This document shows, piece by piece, positions 1 to 9,385 of a DNA stretch of 32,000 bases. Within the stretch, counting starts at the first letter, position 1; each line of letters opens with the position of its first letter. The stretch comes from Aliivibrio fischeri ES114. Lineage in GTDB: Bacteria; Pseudomonadota; Gammaproteobacteria; Enterobacterales; Vibrionaceae. The notes under the pieces were generated by a model. The model worked only from the letters and a program-made list of their open reading frames with translations. It did no database searches and was not told the DNA's origin. Made by a program: the position numbers and the translations under genes. Where the stretch lies: assembly GCF_000011805.1 (NCBI RefSeq), contig NC_006841.2; one strand, 5' to 3'.

Positions 1-64
1 ATTCGGTTTGCGTCCTTATCAAGCGTTAAGTGGGCATGATGTTTTAGGTCTCAAAAAAAATTAA
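1..64 (+). CDS. 3' end of an MscS-family mechanosensitive channel gene (partial, continues upstream of the window); tandem paralog of the next gene
   Basis: Frame starting at nt 2 reads FGLRPYQALSGHDVLGLKKN-stop. This parallels the C-terminus of the 219..1493 product (FNLRPYQALSGHDALTL...). Nt 14-44 match 1425-1455 at 29/31 positions. Confidence 0.6.
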   Translation, partial: FGLRPYQALSGHDVLGLKKN

Positions 65-79
65 GCAATACCATAATAA

Positions 80-105
80 TACCAGTTCTTAAACTGGTAC
101 TTTTC
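80..105 (+). terminator. Rho-independent terminator after the upstream MscS paralog
   Basis: Stem taccagtt / aactggta with a 4-nt loop, followed by c-tttt. Confidence 0.5.
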
Positions 106-218
106 ACATTTATCTTTTTCGATTAATAGCATAGATTAGCTCCCCATATGTTTATTAAGTCTGAATTTATATTAGGAATACTATTTTTTGATTCGAGAAA
201 AATAAATAGGGAGCAGCT

Positions 219-1493
219 TTGTTAGATCTTCGAATTCGTAACTATGTGACTGATAAATTAAATGTTTTCGGTTTTCATGATGAGCCTTATGGTGTAGAAC
301 TTGCGATTGTTGTTATTGTCATTGTTATTAGTGTTTCTATTGGATATTTAATTACTCGACATGTCATAGTTAAAATCGTTAATAATATTCTTCACAAAAC
401 TAATGAGTCTTTATTTCTGTATTTATCTAGTCATAAAGTAGGACAAAAACTGACTGTTCTCGTGCCTATTATTGTCTTCGATTTGCTATTTCCTTTTGCT
501 CTTGGGTATAACACACAACTGGCACATATTACGGATAAGTTGCTAAGCATATTGATTGTAACCATATTTACCTCAATGTTATTTAGCTTACTTGATGCGT
601 TGAATGATATGGCTACGAGTAAAGATGTTACACGTAGAATGCCAATAAAAAGTCTTGTGCAACTTATTAAATTATTCGCATTTATTATCTGTATTATTCT
701 ATGTCTCGCTATTTTTATTGAAGAATCACCAGTCATTTTCTTGAGTGGTTTAGGGGTCGCTACAGGGTTTGTCATGTTAGCGTTTAAAGACACAATTTTG
801 GGGTTTGTTGCGGGAATGCAACTGTCTTTAAATCGAATGGTAGGTTTGAATGAATGGATAGAAATGGATGAATATAAAGCTAATGGTACAGTTGAAGAGA
901 TTTCATTAACAACTGTAAAAATAAGGAATTTTGATAATACCGTGAGTATGTTACCCGCTTATGCCTTAGTTCAAAATGCTTTTGTTAACTGGCAAGGAAT
1001 GTCTGATTCAGGTGGAAGGCGAATTAAACGAGCGGTAAATATTGATGTAAATTCTATTCGCTTTATGACTGATGATGAGATTGAGTCACTCAAAAGTATT
1101 CGCATTTTACGTGAATACTTATTTGAAAAATCGAGTGAAATAAATACGTTTAATGAAGAGGTGGATGATATTCCTCACGTATGTAATGTTCGACAAATGA
1201 CTAATGTCGGTATTTTTCGTGCCTATCTAACGGCTTATTTACGTACACACAGGAATATCCACTCACATATGCTGTCTATGGTTCGGCAGTTAGAGCCTAC
1301 ACAGGAAGGATTACCATTACAGGTTTATGCTTTTACTAATAATCCTAGTTGGGCATTTTATGAAAGTGTGCAAGCGGATATTTTTGATCATATATACGCG
1401 ATTATGCCTTGGTTTAATTTACGACCTTATCAAGCATTAAGTGGGCATGATGCTTTGACTCTTGCTTCTAGCAATCCTCAACATTTATCGTGA
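219..1493 (+). CDS. ybdG: Mechanosensitive ion channel, MscS family, YbdG/MscM-like
   Basis: 424-aa ORF. Long colinear similarity to my recollection of E. coli YbdG (GGRRIKR..IDV.SIRF, RQMTNVGIFRAYL..YLR.H, MVRQL.P...GLPL..YAFTN, YESVQADIFDHI). N-terminal TM helices. TTG start preceded by a GGGAG Shine-Dalgarno; no in-frame ATG nearby. Confidence 0.85.
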   Translation: MLDLRIRNYVTDKLNVFGFHDEPYGVELAIVVIVIVISVSIGYLITRHVIVKIVNNILHKTNESLFLYLSSHKVGQKLTVLVPIIVFDLLFPFALGYNTQLAHITDKLLSILIVTIFTSMLFSLLDALNDMATSKDVTRRMPIKSLVQLIKLFAFIICIILCLAIFIEESPVIFLSGLGVATGFVMLAFKDTILGFVAGMQLSLNRMVGLNEWIEMDEYKANGTVEEISLTTVKIRNFDNTVSMLPAYALVQNAFVNWQGMSDSGGRRIKRAVNIDVNSIRFMTDDEIESLKSIRILREYLFEKSSEINTFNEEVDDIPHVCNVRQMTNVGIFRAYLTAYLRTHRNIHSHMLSMVRQLEPTQEGLPLQVYAFTNNPSWAFYESVQADIFDHIYAIMPWFNLRPYQALSGHDALTLASSNPQHLS

Positions 1494-1645
1494 AATAAAT
1501 ACTATTACGTTACTAGTATTTTATTTAATAGGCCACACCTTAATTCTTCTTTGATATTCATTATAGCAATGCATTTGTTATTGGTTTGTATTTCTGATTA
1601 AATTTCCACCGATTTTTGGTTGATTAAATCCATTACTTTCTAATT

Positions 1646-1682
1646 AATCCAGTGTATCTGCAAAGTACACTGGATTTTTCTT
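1646..1682 (+). terminator. Rho-independent terminator
   Basis: 11-bp stem aatccagtgta / tacactggatt with a 9-nt loop, then a T-run. Confidence 0.7.
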
Positions 1683-1784
1683 ATGTTTAGCAAATAAATG
1701 CATAAATGGGTGTTACTTACCATAGGGTTAATATGAATGGTTTGCTACAATCAGCGCCAATTATTGTCTATACATAGGTTCATC

Positions 1785-3041
1785 ATGTCATTTGCGTCTC
1801 TAGGATTAACAAAACAAATCCTAACAACGGTTGCAGAATTAGGTTTTAAAGAAGCAACACCCATTCAGGAACAAGCTATTCCACTAGTATTACAAGGACA
1901 TGATGTACTGGCTGGAGCACAAACTGGTACAGGTAAAACAGCAGCGTTTGGTCTACCGCTGATTCAACGTTTGATTGAAAGTCCAATTGAACGTCATGAA
2001 GAATCAAAAGTAGTACGAAGCTTAATACTTACGCCTACTCGTGAATTGGCTCAACAAGTTTTTGATAGTTTGGTGAGTTATACACAAAATACTGAATTAA
2101 AAGTTGTGGTGGCTTATGGCGGTACAAGTATTAACGTACAAAAAGAGAACTTGCTTGGTGGGGCTGATATATTGATTGCCACGCCTGGACGTTTATTGGA
2201 TCACTTACACATAAAAACCATCACGTTAAATCAAGCAGAGTATTTAGTATTAGATGAAGCTGACCGTATGTTAGATATGGGCTTTATTCCTGATATTAAA
2301 AAGATTCTGCGTAAAATGCCTGATGAACGTCAAACTTTGTTTTTTTCAGCAACATTCAGTAAGAAAGTAAGAGAAATTGCCTATTACATGCTGAACAAGC
2401 CTAAAGAAGTTCAAGTGACTCCGACCAATAGCACAGCAGAAACGGTTGAGCAGATGGTTTACCCAGTAGATAAACATCGTAAGAGTGAATTACTGGCTTA
2501 TTTAATTGGTTCTCGTAATTGGCAGCAAGTGTTGGTCTTTACTAAAACCAAACAAGGCTCTGATGAATTAGTAAAAGAGCTAAAAAAAGATGGGATAAAA
2601 GCCGCTTCTATTAATGGAGATAAAAGCCAAGGAGCACGCCTGAGAGCTTTAGAAGAGTTTAAGACAGGTAAGGTTCGTGCATTAATAGCAACAGATGTTG
2701 CTGCTCGTGGTTTAGATATAGAACAACTTGAATGTGTGATTAACTATGAATTGCCATTTAAAGCTGAAGATTATGTACACCGTATAGGACGAACAGGCAG
2801 AGCAGGGCATACGGGTAAAGCAATCTCTTTAATGAGTATGGATGAAGAGTATTTATTAAAGGCGATTGAAACGTTATTAGATACACGCTTACCCCAAGAG
2901 TGGCTACAAGGGTATGAACCCGATCCAAACGCTCCGTTAAGAGAAGATCGTCCAAGACAGAGTCGTGGTCGCTCGTCAGATAAACGAAAAATGAAAGCAA
3001 AATTAAAAATTCATGCAAATCGCGGAAAAAATAAGCGATAA
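1785..3041 (+). CDS. rhlE: ATP-dependent DEAD-box RNA helicase RhlE
   Basis: MSFASLGLTKQIL matches the E. coli RhlE N-terminus. Q-motif, AQTGTGKTAAF (Walker A), DEAD, SAT and HRIGRTGRAG motifs, plus a basic C-terminal tail. The ATG at 1785 is preferred over the track start at 1737 by homology. Confidence 0.92.
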   Translation: MSFASLGLTKQILTTVAELGFKEATPIQEQAIPLVLQGHDVLAGAQTGTGKTAAFGLPLIQRLIESPIERHEESKVVRSLILTPTRELAQQVFDSLVSYTQNTELKVVVAYGGTSINVQKENLLGGADILIATPGRLLDHLHIKTITLNQAEYLVLDEADRMLDMGFIPDIKKILRKMPDERQTLFFSATFSKKVREIAYYMLNKPKEVQVTPTNSTAETVEQMVYPVDKHRKSELLAYLIGSRNWQQVLVFTKTKQGSDELVKELKKDGIKAASINGDKSQGARLRALEEFKTGKVRALIATDVAARGLDIEQLECVINYELPFKAEDYVHRIGRTGRAGHTGKAISLMSMDEEYLLKAIETLLDTRLPQEWLQGYEPDPNAPLREDRPRQSRGRSSDKRKMKAKLKIHANRGKNKR

Positions 3042-3050
3042 AAACAAATA

Positions 3051-3077
3051 AAAAAGGTGCGTACAGCACCTTTTTTT
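3051..3077 (+). terminator. Rho-independent terminator of rhlE
   Basis: aaaaaggtgc-gtaca-gcaccttttttt. Confidence 0.7.
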
Positions 3078-3315
3078 AAATGTAAATGTTACTACAATGT
3101 TTGTATTCGTTAAAAACATTGCTAATATCTATCGGTTGCTTCTAAGTATTCTGTGATTTGATTCTAAAAAACGCAGTTGTATCTCATTTTTAATACAGAT
3201 TCTATCTATTTGTAAATCAGTGTAAAAGAAGATTGATTATGAAAAGCTGGAGAGTATTATTCATCGAAAACTGAAGCCGCTTTTGGATTACTTACCTTCA
3301 GTATTTGGAGTTTTT

Positions 3316-4194
3316 ATGTCGCAAAGAGCACTTACTGTACTTTGCTTGTTATTCTTATCTTATTCATCTTCATTGTTTGCAGAGTCCTTTACGTTACCTA
3401 TTTGGAAAGATGAAGCAGAAGCTCGTGGTTATGATTTACCTGAAGCATTTGGATTAAATATTAGTTATATGAAACAAACTCAGGATATCTCTGTAGATAG
3501 TGTGGGTTTTGAAGGAACTGTTCCTGCGTTATTGCCTTGGAATCCACCTCATCAAATTAGTGATTTAGTGGAAGTTGAACCTATAGGAAACGGTAAACAA
3601 ATGAGTGAAGTGCTGACATTACGCGGTGATGTTTGGCTTTTTCCTTTTTTGAATTTGTATGGAATTGTTGGTCAGTTAAAAGGGTACTCGGAAACCACGA
3701 TTAATGTTAAACCGTTTGGTAAAGAAGCGGGTATAAAAATGCCATTTCGCCTAGATTTAAATGGCACACTTTATGGCGCTGGTTTTGTATTAGCGGGTGG
3801 ATATAAAGATGTATTTGCTTTGGCTGATGCCAGTTATACGGAAACAGAGCTTAATGTTATTGATGGTACTATTAGCTCCATTGTTATTTCTCCACGTATT
3901 GGTTATGACTTTAATCGTTTAGGCGCACCACTTCGTTTGTGGGTTGGTGCTATGTATCAAGATGTTGAGCAGTCATTATCTGGTAATTTAACCGATATTG
4001 GTTTAACGGGTAGTTTGGGTAGTCTAGTTGGTAAAGTGGATAATGGCCGTTTTAATGTTGAGCAACACCTAGTGACACCATGGAACCCTCTCATTGGTAT
4101 GCAATATAAGCTACATGACCGATTGTATTTACTAGGTGAAGCAGGGCTTGGTGATCGTAAAAGCATTTTCTTTACCGTTGATATGCGATTCTAA
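3316..4194 (+). CDS. Hypothetical exported protein, probable outer-membrane beta-barrel
   Basis: Signal peptide MSQRALTVLCLLFLSYSSSLFA/ES. GGAG Shine-Dalgarno 6 nt before the ATG at 3316. Alternating amphipathic segments. C-terminal ...FFTVDMRF ends in Phe (OMP sorting signature). First gene of a tightly spaced trio. Confidence 0.7.
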   Translation: MSQRALTVLCLLFLSYSSSLFAESFTLPIWKDEAEARGYDLPEAFGLNISYMKQTQDISVDSVGFEGTVPALLPWNPPHQISDLVEVEPIGNGKQMSEVLTLRGDVWLFPFLNLYGIVGQLKGYSETTINVKPFGKEAGIKMPFRLDLNGTLYGAGFVLAGGYKDVFALADASYTETELNVIDGTISSIVISPRIGYDFNRLGAPLRLWVGAMYQDVEQSLSGNLTDIGLTGSLGSLVGKVDNGRFNVEQHLVTPWNPLIGMQYKLHDRLYLLGEAGLGDRKSIFFTVDMRF

Positions 4195-4197
4195 ACA

Positions 4198-5322
4198 ATG
4201 ACACTTTTAAAAATATCGACGGCAGTATTATTGAGCTGCTACGCATTATCGATCTCGGCAAAAGAAGAACCACAAAGTTGGGTCGACACTTTTCTTGAAG
4301 AATTAGGTTCATCTGAAGATATCGATGTTAGCCAAGGTGTTGATTGGGCAGTGCTTCCTGGCCCTTTTGCTAACCCTGAGCAAGGCTTTGGTCTCGGTAT
4401 TGCCGCTGTTGGCTTATATTCGCCATTAGAAAATAAAGACAGCGCTCCATTATCTACGGTTAGTATTACAGGTTATGGTTCGAGCTCTGGTTCCTATGGA
4501 ATAGGGATTAATAACCGAACTTATTTTGAAAACGATGAAATTCGATTTTTAGTTCAAGCAAAAGCAAGTCATACGCCCGAATACTATTGGGGGATTGGGA
4601 AAGAGCAAGCTGAGAACGAAGGAAACAAAACTTTAGTTGAAGCTGAAATCTTTGGGTTTACCCCGAAAATAGCGTATCAATTTTATCCTAATACTTATTT
4701 GCTAGCAGGTTTTGATTTGGAGAGTCACCGTAAGCAGACGACAGATTCGTTGCTTCTGCATTCAAAAGACTTAGAGGATACGCTCTTAACAGCAGCAACC
4801 ATTAGCCTTGAATATGATAGTCGAGATTTTGAACTTAATGCATACAGCGGTACGTTACTCAGTATTAATTGGAATGAATACAGTAAGTCGCTAGGTTCGG
4901 ATTATGAATTTAATAAAGCGACCTTTAACTATCGCCAATATTACAGAGTAACAAGCGATACTGTACTGGCTTGGGAAGCATACAGCGAAACAGTGCAAGG
5001 CGATGTCCCTTGGTTTGCTTTGTCTTCATTAGGTAGTGATAAGCGTATGCGAGGCTATTACAGCGGACAGTATAGGGATAATACACAAGCATCAGCTCAA
5101 ATCGAAGTGCGTCATCAGTTTAATCACCGTCATGGCATGGTTGCATGGGTTGGTGGTGGTAATGTTGCTGATTCTTATCAACAGTTATTTGATAGTAAAT
5201 GGCTACTTACGTATGGAGTAGGTTACCGGTTTGCTTTCAAACCAAGAGTCAATGTCAGACTTGATTACGGTATAGGTAAAGATAGCCAAGCCGTGTATTT
5301 TCAAATTAACGAAGCATTTTAA
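4198..5322 (+). CDS. Omp85/BamA-family (bacterial surface antigen type) outer-membrane barrel protein lacking POTRA repeats
   Basis: Signal peptide MTLLKISTAVLLSCYALSISA/KE. The C-terminal region RMRGYYSGQYRD...WVGGGNV...YGVGYRF...VRLDYGIG...YFQINEAF resembles the Bac_surface_Ag barrel and ends in Phe. Only 374 aa. Starts 3 nt after the previous stop. Confidence 0.72.
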   Translation: MTLLKISTAVLLSCYALSISAKEEPQSWVDTFLEELGSSEDIDVSQGVDWAVLPGPFANPEQGFGLGIAAVGLYSPLENKDSAPLSTVSITGYGSSSGSYGIGINNRTYFENDEIRFLVQAKASHTPEYYWGIGKEQAENEGNKTLVEAEIFGFTPKIAYQFYPNTYLLAGFDLESHRKQTTDSLLLHSKDLEDTLLTAATISLEYDSRDFELNAYSGTLLSINWNEYSKSLGSDYEFNKATFNYRQYYRVTSDTVLAWEAYSETVQGDVPWFALSSLGSDKRMRGYYSGQYRDNTQASAQIEVRHQFNHRHGMVAWVGGGNVADSYQQLFDSKWLLTYGVGYRFAFKPRVNVRLDYGIGKDSQAVYFQINEAF

Positions 5323-5332
5323 GGGCGGGAAT

Positions 5333-6385
5333 ATGAATAACAAATCTTTATTCATGATAGCGACCAGTCTTCTTTTCGGAAGCTCATTTTCAGTATATGC
5401 GGATGCTCCAGTTGGTGTGAGGCCATGTTGTGCATTTGGCACTAATTTACAAACAGAAGTAGGGGGGATTCCTGTCCCATTTGTCTCTGTAGAAAATGTA
5501 TTAAATATTGATGATCTTGGTGATCATATATACAACGATGGTAGCCAAAGCGTAGCAAGCAGTTTGATGGGGCTTGGTGATGAGAGTAATGGTATTTTTT
5601 ATTCTGAAAAAGGTGGATTTTTAGATTCAGCACACGTTCGTGATACCGCAGATTTTACTTACTATTTATATACTGAATTTAAAGCTCATTTAGGAACTGA
5701 TTACTCGATTACCTTATCGCCTGAGTTAAAAGATAGAGTGATCCAATTAACTGAATCAAAAAGCAATTTTACTTTTGAAGAGAAACAAAATATCAGTGTG
5801 GAACTAGCGGCTTTAACTGCATATCGCCTTGCTCAATGGCATGAAATAGCTCAATGGTTTGGTATGGAATCGGTTGGTGGTTTTAAAGAGTTGGCCTCTG
5901 CATTTTCGCCGGAAGATTTATATTCGAATATGCTTGGTGCAAAAATAGCGAGTTCTGTTATTGCTAAAAATCCAAATTTGTCAAAAGATGATTTTTCAAA
6001 AGCGATGACAAAAGCCATTGAAGCTAAATTTATTGAGCTTGGTGTAGTATCGAAAGAAGAGTCAAAAGCTCAAATCAAAAGCATGGATGGAGTATGGTGG
6101 GATAGCGATAAGCGATTACCAAATAAATGGGTTGTTATTCATCGTGAATATCACTTAGGGACAGATCTTCGACCAAATGGTTTTAAAAATGGAGTGGAAG
6201 AGAGCTTATCAACGGAATATGAAGCGTTAGCTACGTTTAAGTTAATCCATAATAAAAATGATAAAGCGTTTAATGCGTTACCTGAAGCTTTGAGAAATAA
6301 AGCTTATTGGACTCCAAGCGATTTCCAAACGATAGCCGATTTTGCTAAGGAGCAAGACGAAAAAGAGCAAGCAAAAAATAAATAA
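5333..6385 (+). CDS. Hypothetical secreted/periplasmic protein with an RPCCAFG motif (possibly DUF4056-like; family recalled from memory only)
   Basis: Signal peptide MNNKSLFMIATSLLFGSSFSVYA/DA without a lipobox Cys. Soluble, charged 350-aa product. Starts 10 nt after the previous stop. Confidence 0.72.
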   Translation: MNNKSLFMIATSLLFGSSFSVYADAPVGVRPCCAFGTNLQTEVGGIPVPFVSVENVLNIDDLGDHIYNDGSQSVASSLMGLGDESNGIFYSEKGGFLDSAHVRDTADFTYYLYTEFKAHLGTDYSITLSPELKDRVIQLTESKSNFTFEEKQNISVELAALTAYRLAQWHEIAQWFGMESVGGFKELASAFSPEDLYSNMLGAKIASSVIAKNPNLSKDDFSKAMTKAIEAKFIELGVVSKEESKAQIKSMDGVWWDSDKRLPNKWVVIHREYHLGTDLRPNGFKNGVEESLSTEYEALATFKLIHNKNDKAFNALPEALRNKAYWTPSDFQTIADFAKEQDEKEQAKNK

Positions 6386-6403
6386 TATCGCTTTATTAAT
6401 AAT

Positions 6404-6445
6404 AAAAGCCCTGTTTCGATTTCTCGTATCAGGGCTTTATTTTTA
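6404..6445. terminator. Bidirectional rho-independent terminator between convergent genes
   Basis: aaaagccctg ... cagggcttt stem flanked by an A-run and a T-run. Confidence 0.7.
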
Positions 6446-6463
6446 ATTATAACATTAAACAAC

Positions 6464-8065
6464 TTACGCTTTTGCTTTACCCATATTTGGTGTCGTACCA
6501 AATTTTTCAGTGCTAAAGCCTTTAATTAAACTGACACACATCATAAGAAGAATAAACGTAAATGGTAGTGCTGTTGATACAGTACCTGCTTGTAGCGCTT
6601 GCATAGCTTCTGTACCACCAACCCACAGTAGTACCGCTGCAATCGATCCTTGAACAGTTGCCCAGAAAATACGCTGAGGAACTGGTGCATCAACTTTACC
6701 ACCAGCAGTAATACTATCGATAACTAATGAGCCAGAATCTGATGATGTTACAAAAAACACCATAATCAGTACGATAGAAATAACTGAAAGAGCAGTGCTC
6801 ATAGGAATCGCATCATACATATTAAACAGTGCCATAGTGATGTCTTGTAGACCATTCTCACCCAACTCACCAACTTTATTTACGACTTGTTCAATTGCAA
6901 TACCACCGAATGCAGACATCCATAATGCAGTTGCCAACGTTGGAATGATCATTACAGAGATCAAGAATTGACGAACAGTACGACCTTTAGATACACGAGC
7001 AATGAACATACCTACGAATGGGGACCATGAAATCCACCAAGCCCAGTAGAATACTGTCCAACCGTGCATCCAACCTTCATCTTCACGACCATGAGGATTA
7101 CTTAGTGGAATGATGTTTTCAATATACCCTGTCACTGTTAATGGTAATGCACTCATTACATCAGAGAAACCAATGAAAATAATGAAGAATAATAAAGCAA
7201 CAGCCACAAGCATGTTGACGTTACTTAATAGTTTTACACCGCCATCAATGCCTCGTATTACCGAGATCATAGCAAGCATGGTCACAAAAATGATTACGCC
7301 AATTTGCATGTTAACGCCACCATCGGTACCAAATACATGATTGATACCACCAGCAGCTTGTTGAGCTCCTAGACCAAGAGAGGTTGCAAGGCCAAATAGT
7401 GTCGCTAGTACGGTTAGAATATCAATGATATGACCGAACCAACCCCATGTTCTATCACCTAAAATTGGATAGAAGACAGAGCGCATTGATAGTGGTAAGC
7501 CTTTATTAAAAGTAAAGAATGCTAAAGAGAGGGCCACTAAGCCATATATTGCCCATGGGTGGATACCCCAGTGGTACATAGTGCCGCCCAATGCTAGTTT
7601 TTTAGCTTCTTCGGTAAATGGTTCAACATCTAAAGGGGTGCCATACCAATCAGTAAAATAAGCAAGAGGCTCAGCAACGCCATAGAACATTAAACCAATA
7701 CCCATACCAGCAGCAAATAGCATTGCCATCCATGAGATTGTAGAGTGTTCAGGTTTTGCCTTGTCGCCACCAATGCGAATTTTGCCAAAAGGAGAAATGA
7801 TTAGCGCTAAACAGAATATCAGAAAGATATTACTAGACCACATAAAGAGGCCATCAAAATTGTTGATGATTTGCCACTTAACACCGTCAAGAAGGGATTT
7901 TGCTTCTGTTGGGTCCATAACTAGAAGCACAGTAAGAAAAAGAATAATGGAACCAGCACTAATACCAAAAACCTGATTATGAATATCAAAACCCCATTTT
8001 TGGATATTGTCCTGTCCAACCTCGTAGTCAGTACTGTCTATACTGTACTTATCCGTAGTACTCAT
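6464..8065 (-). CDS. BCCT-family betaine/carnitine/choline transporter
   Basis: 533 aa, 12-TM type. BCCT signature WTVFYWAWWISWSPFVGMFIARVSKGRTVRQF. GAGGA Shine-Dalgarno upstream of the ATG. Confidence 0.92.
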   Translation of the reverse strand: MSTTDKYSIDSTDYEVGQDNIQKWGFDIHNQVFGISAGSIILFLTVLLVMDPTEAKSLLDGVKWQIINNFDGLFMWSSNIFLIFCLALIISPFGKIRIGGDKAKPEHSTISWMAMLFAAGMGIGLMFYGVAEPLAYFTDWYGTPLDVEPFTEEAKKLALGGTMYHWGIHPWAIYGLVALSLAFFTFNKGLPLSMRSVFYPILGDRTWGWFGHIIDILTVLATLFGLATSLGLGAQQAAGGINHVFGTDGGVNMQIGVIIFVTMLAMISVIRGIDGGVKLLSNVNMLVAVALLFFIIFIGFSDVMSALPLTVTGYIENIIPLSNPHGREDEGWMHGWTVFYWAWWISWSPFVGMFIARVSKGRTVRQFLISVMIIPTLATALWMSAFGGIAIEQVVNKVGELGENGLQDITMALFNMYDAIPMSTALSVISIVLIMVFFVTSSDSGSLVIDSITAGGKVDAPVPQRIFWATVQGSIAAVLLWVGGTEAMQALQAGTVSTALPFTFILLMMCVSLIKGFSTEKFGTTPNMGKAKA

Positions 8066-8204
8066 GTGTCCTCACATTAAAATATAATGGCTCCCATTGG
8101 AGACCATCAAATGACTGCAACATCAATGTAACAGTTTTTTCATGAGGATAATATCAGAGTTGAGAATCCAATAACATATATAATTTTTTTATTGATATAA
8201 ATAA

Positions 8205-8237
8205 AAACGCCTTAAAACAGTGTTTTAAGGCGTTTTG
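8205..8237 (-). terminator. Rho-independent terminator downstream of the DUF3302-HlyD operon
   Basis: Near-perfect palindrome aaaacgccttaaaac / gttttaaggcgtttt, T-rich on the minus strand. Confidence 0.75.
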
Positions 8238-8254
8238 ATACAGATTAAAGGTGA

Positions 8255-9385
8255 TTAGTGGTCAAGGTATAGATAGTTTTGCCAAGATTTCATACGAATT
8301 AATACTTTACGCATAATTGAAACATGTTCGAAGCTATCAGAGTAAACGGAAATCTCAGCGTTTGAACCAGCTGGAAGGTGAAATTCAGATACATCATCAG
8401 TCAGTTTCAGTTTTACTAATGCTCGACCATTTGTACGGATTGCATTTGTTCCTAAAAGAGCTCCAGATGCTTGGATTTGACCTTCACCAATTGCAGGAAT
8501 AACTTCGACGACTTCTCCTTTAAACACACGTCCAGGAATCGCTCTGAAAAGAAACTCAGCTTCAAAGCCTGCTCGTAATCGTTGTAATGAGTTTTGTCTG
8601 AAAGCACCAACAAAGTATTGATCTTCTGTATGTACAAACGTCATTACAGGGCGAAGTGGAATAGGGACTGCCATCATACCTGGACGTAGCGCCATTTGAG
8701 TTACATACCCATCTGTTGGTGCTTTTACAATTGTTTCGTCAAGATTAAATTGCGCTTGTTCTAACTCTGCACGCATACGAGCTACAGTAGTGTTTTCCCC
8801 GTTTATTTCAGACTCTAGTGCAAGCTTTGCTTGTTGCTCTTGAGCTTGAACCGATTCTAATGTTGCTTCAGAAGCTTTGTATGTTTGTTTACGAGTATCA
8901 AGTTGTTGAGCAGTGAAAGCACCTTTTTTATAGCCTTTTTCATAACGTTTAAATTCACGATAGGCTTTATCTTTATCTGCTGTCGCTTTTATTGTGTTTG
9001 ATTGTGCTGACTTATAAACTGATTCTAACTGAAGTGCTGCTTGTTCAGCTTCACTTAAAGCAGCTTGTTTACGAATAACTTCAGCTTGAAAAGGAATTGG
9101 GTCAATTTTAAATAAAACATCACCAGCGGCAACAGGTTGGTTTGGTGTAACGTTAACCTCGATAACTTTGCCTCTAACACTTGGAACAATTGGCGTGGTT
9201 ACATAAAATTGTCCACCAAATTGAGTAAATGGGTGGTTGTAGTTCATTAATAGAACTAGAGTTCCAACTAATACAACGCCGCCTAAACCTGCGGTAGGCA
9301 CTGTCCATTTGTTTAGTGGAATATTAAAGATTTTAAATACCGCAATACATAACGCGGTGTACGTCAAAATAAGCAATAAATCCAT
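8255..9385 (-). CDS. HlyD-family membrane-fusion/secretion protein (YiaV/YibH-like)
   Basis: N-terminal signal-anchor TM. Biotinyl-lipoyl-like GKVIEVNVTPNQPVAAGDVLFKIDP. Long coiled-coil. C-terminal beta-barrel region. Start overlaps the upstream stop (TAATG). Confidence 0.85.
   Translation of the reverse strand: MDLLLILTYTALCIAVFKIFNIPLNKWTVPTAGLGGVVLVGTLVLLMNYNHPFTQFGGQFYVTTPIVPSVRGKVIEVNVTPNQPVAAGDVLFKIDPIPFQAEVIRKQAALSEAEQAALQLESVYKSAQSNTIKATADKDKAYREFKRYEKGYKKGAFTAQQLDTRKQTYKASEATLESVQAQEQQAKLALESEINGENTTVARMRAELEQAQFNLDETIVKAPTDGYVTQMALRPGMMAVPIPLRPVMTFVHTEDQYFVGAFRQNSLQRLRAGFEAEFLFRAIPGRVFKGEVVEVIPAIGEGQIQASGALLGTNAIRTNGRALVKLKLTDDVSEFHLPAGSNAEISVYSDSFEHVSIMRKVLIRMKSWQNYLYLDH

Noticed and set aside
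3239-3271. A 10-codon ORF (MKSWRVLFIEN) upstream of the three-gene envelope operon.
   Set aside because: It has no convincing Shine-Dalgarno. ORFs of this length are expected by chance in a 240-bp AT-rich spacer, and nothing supports function.
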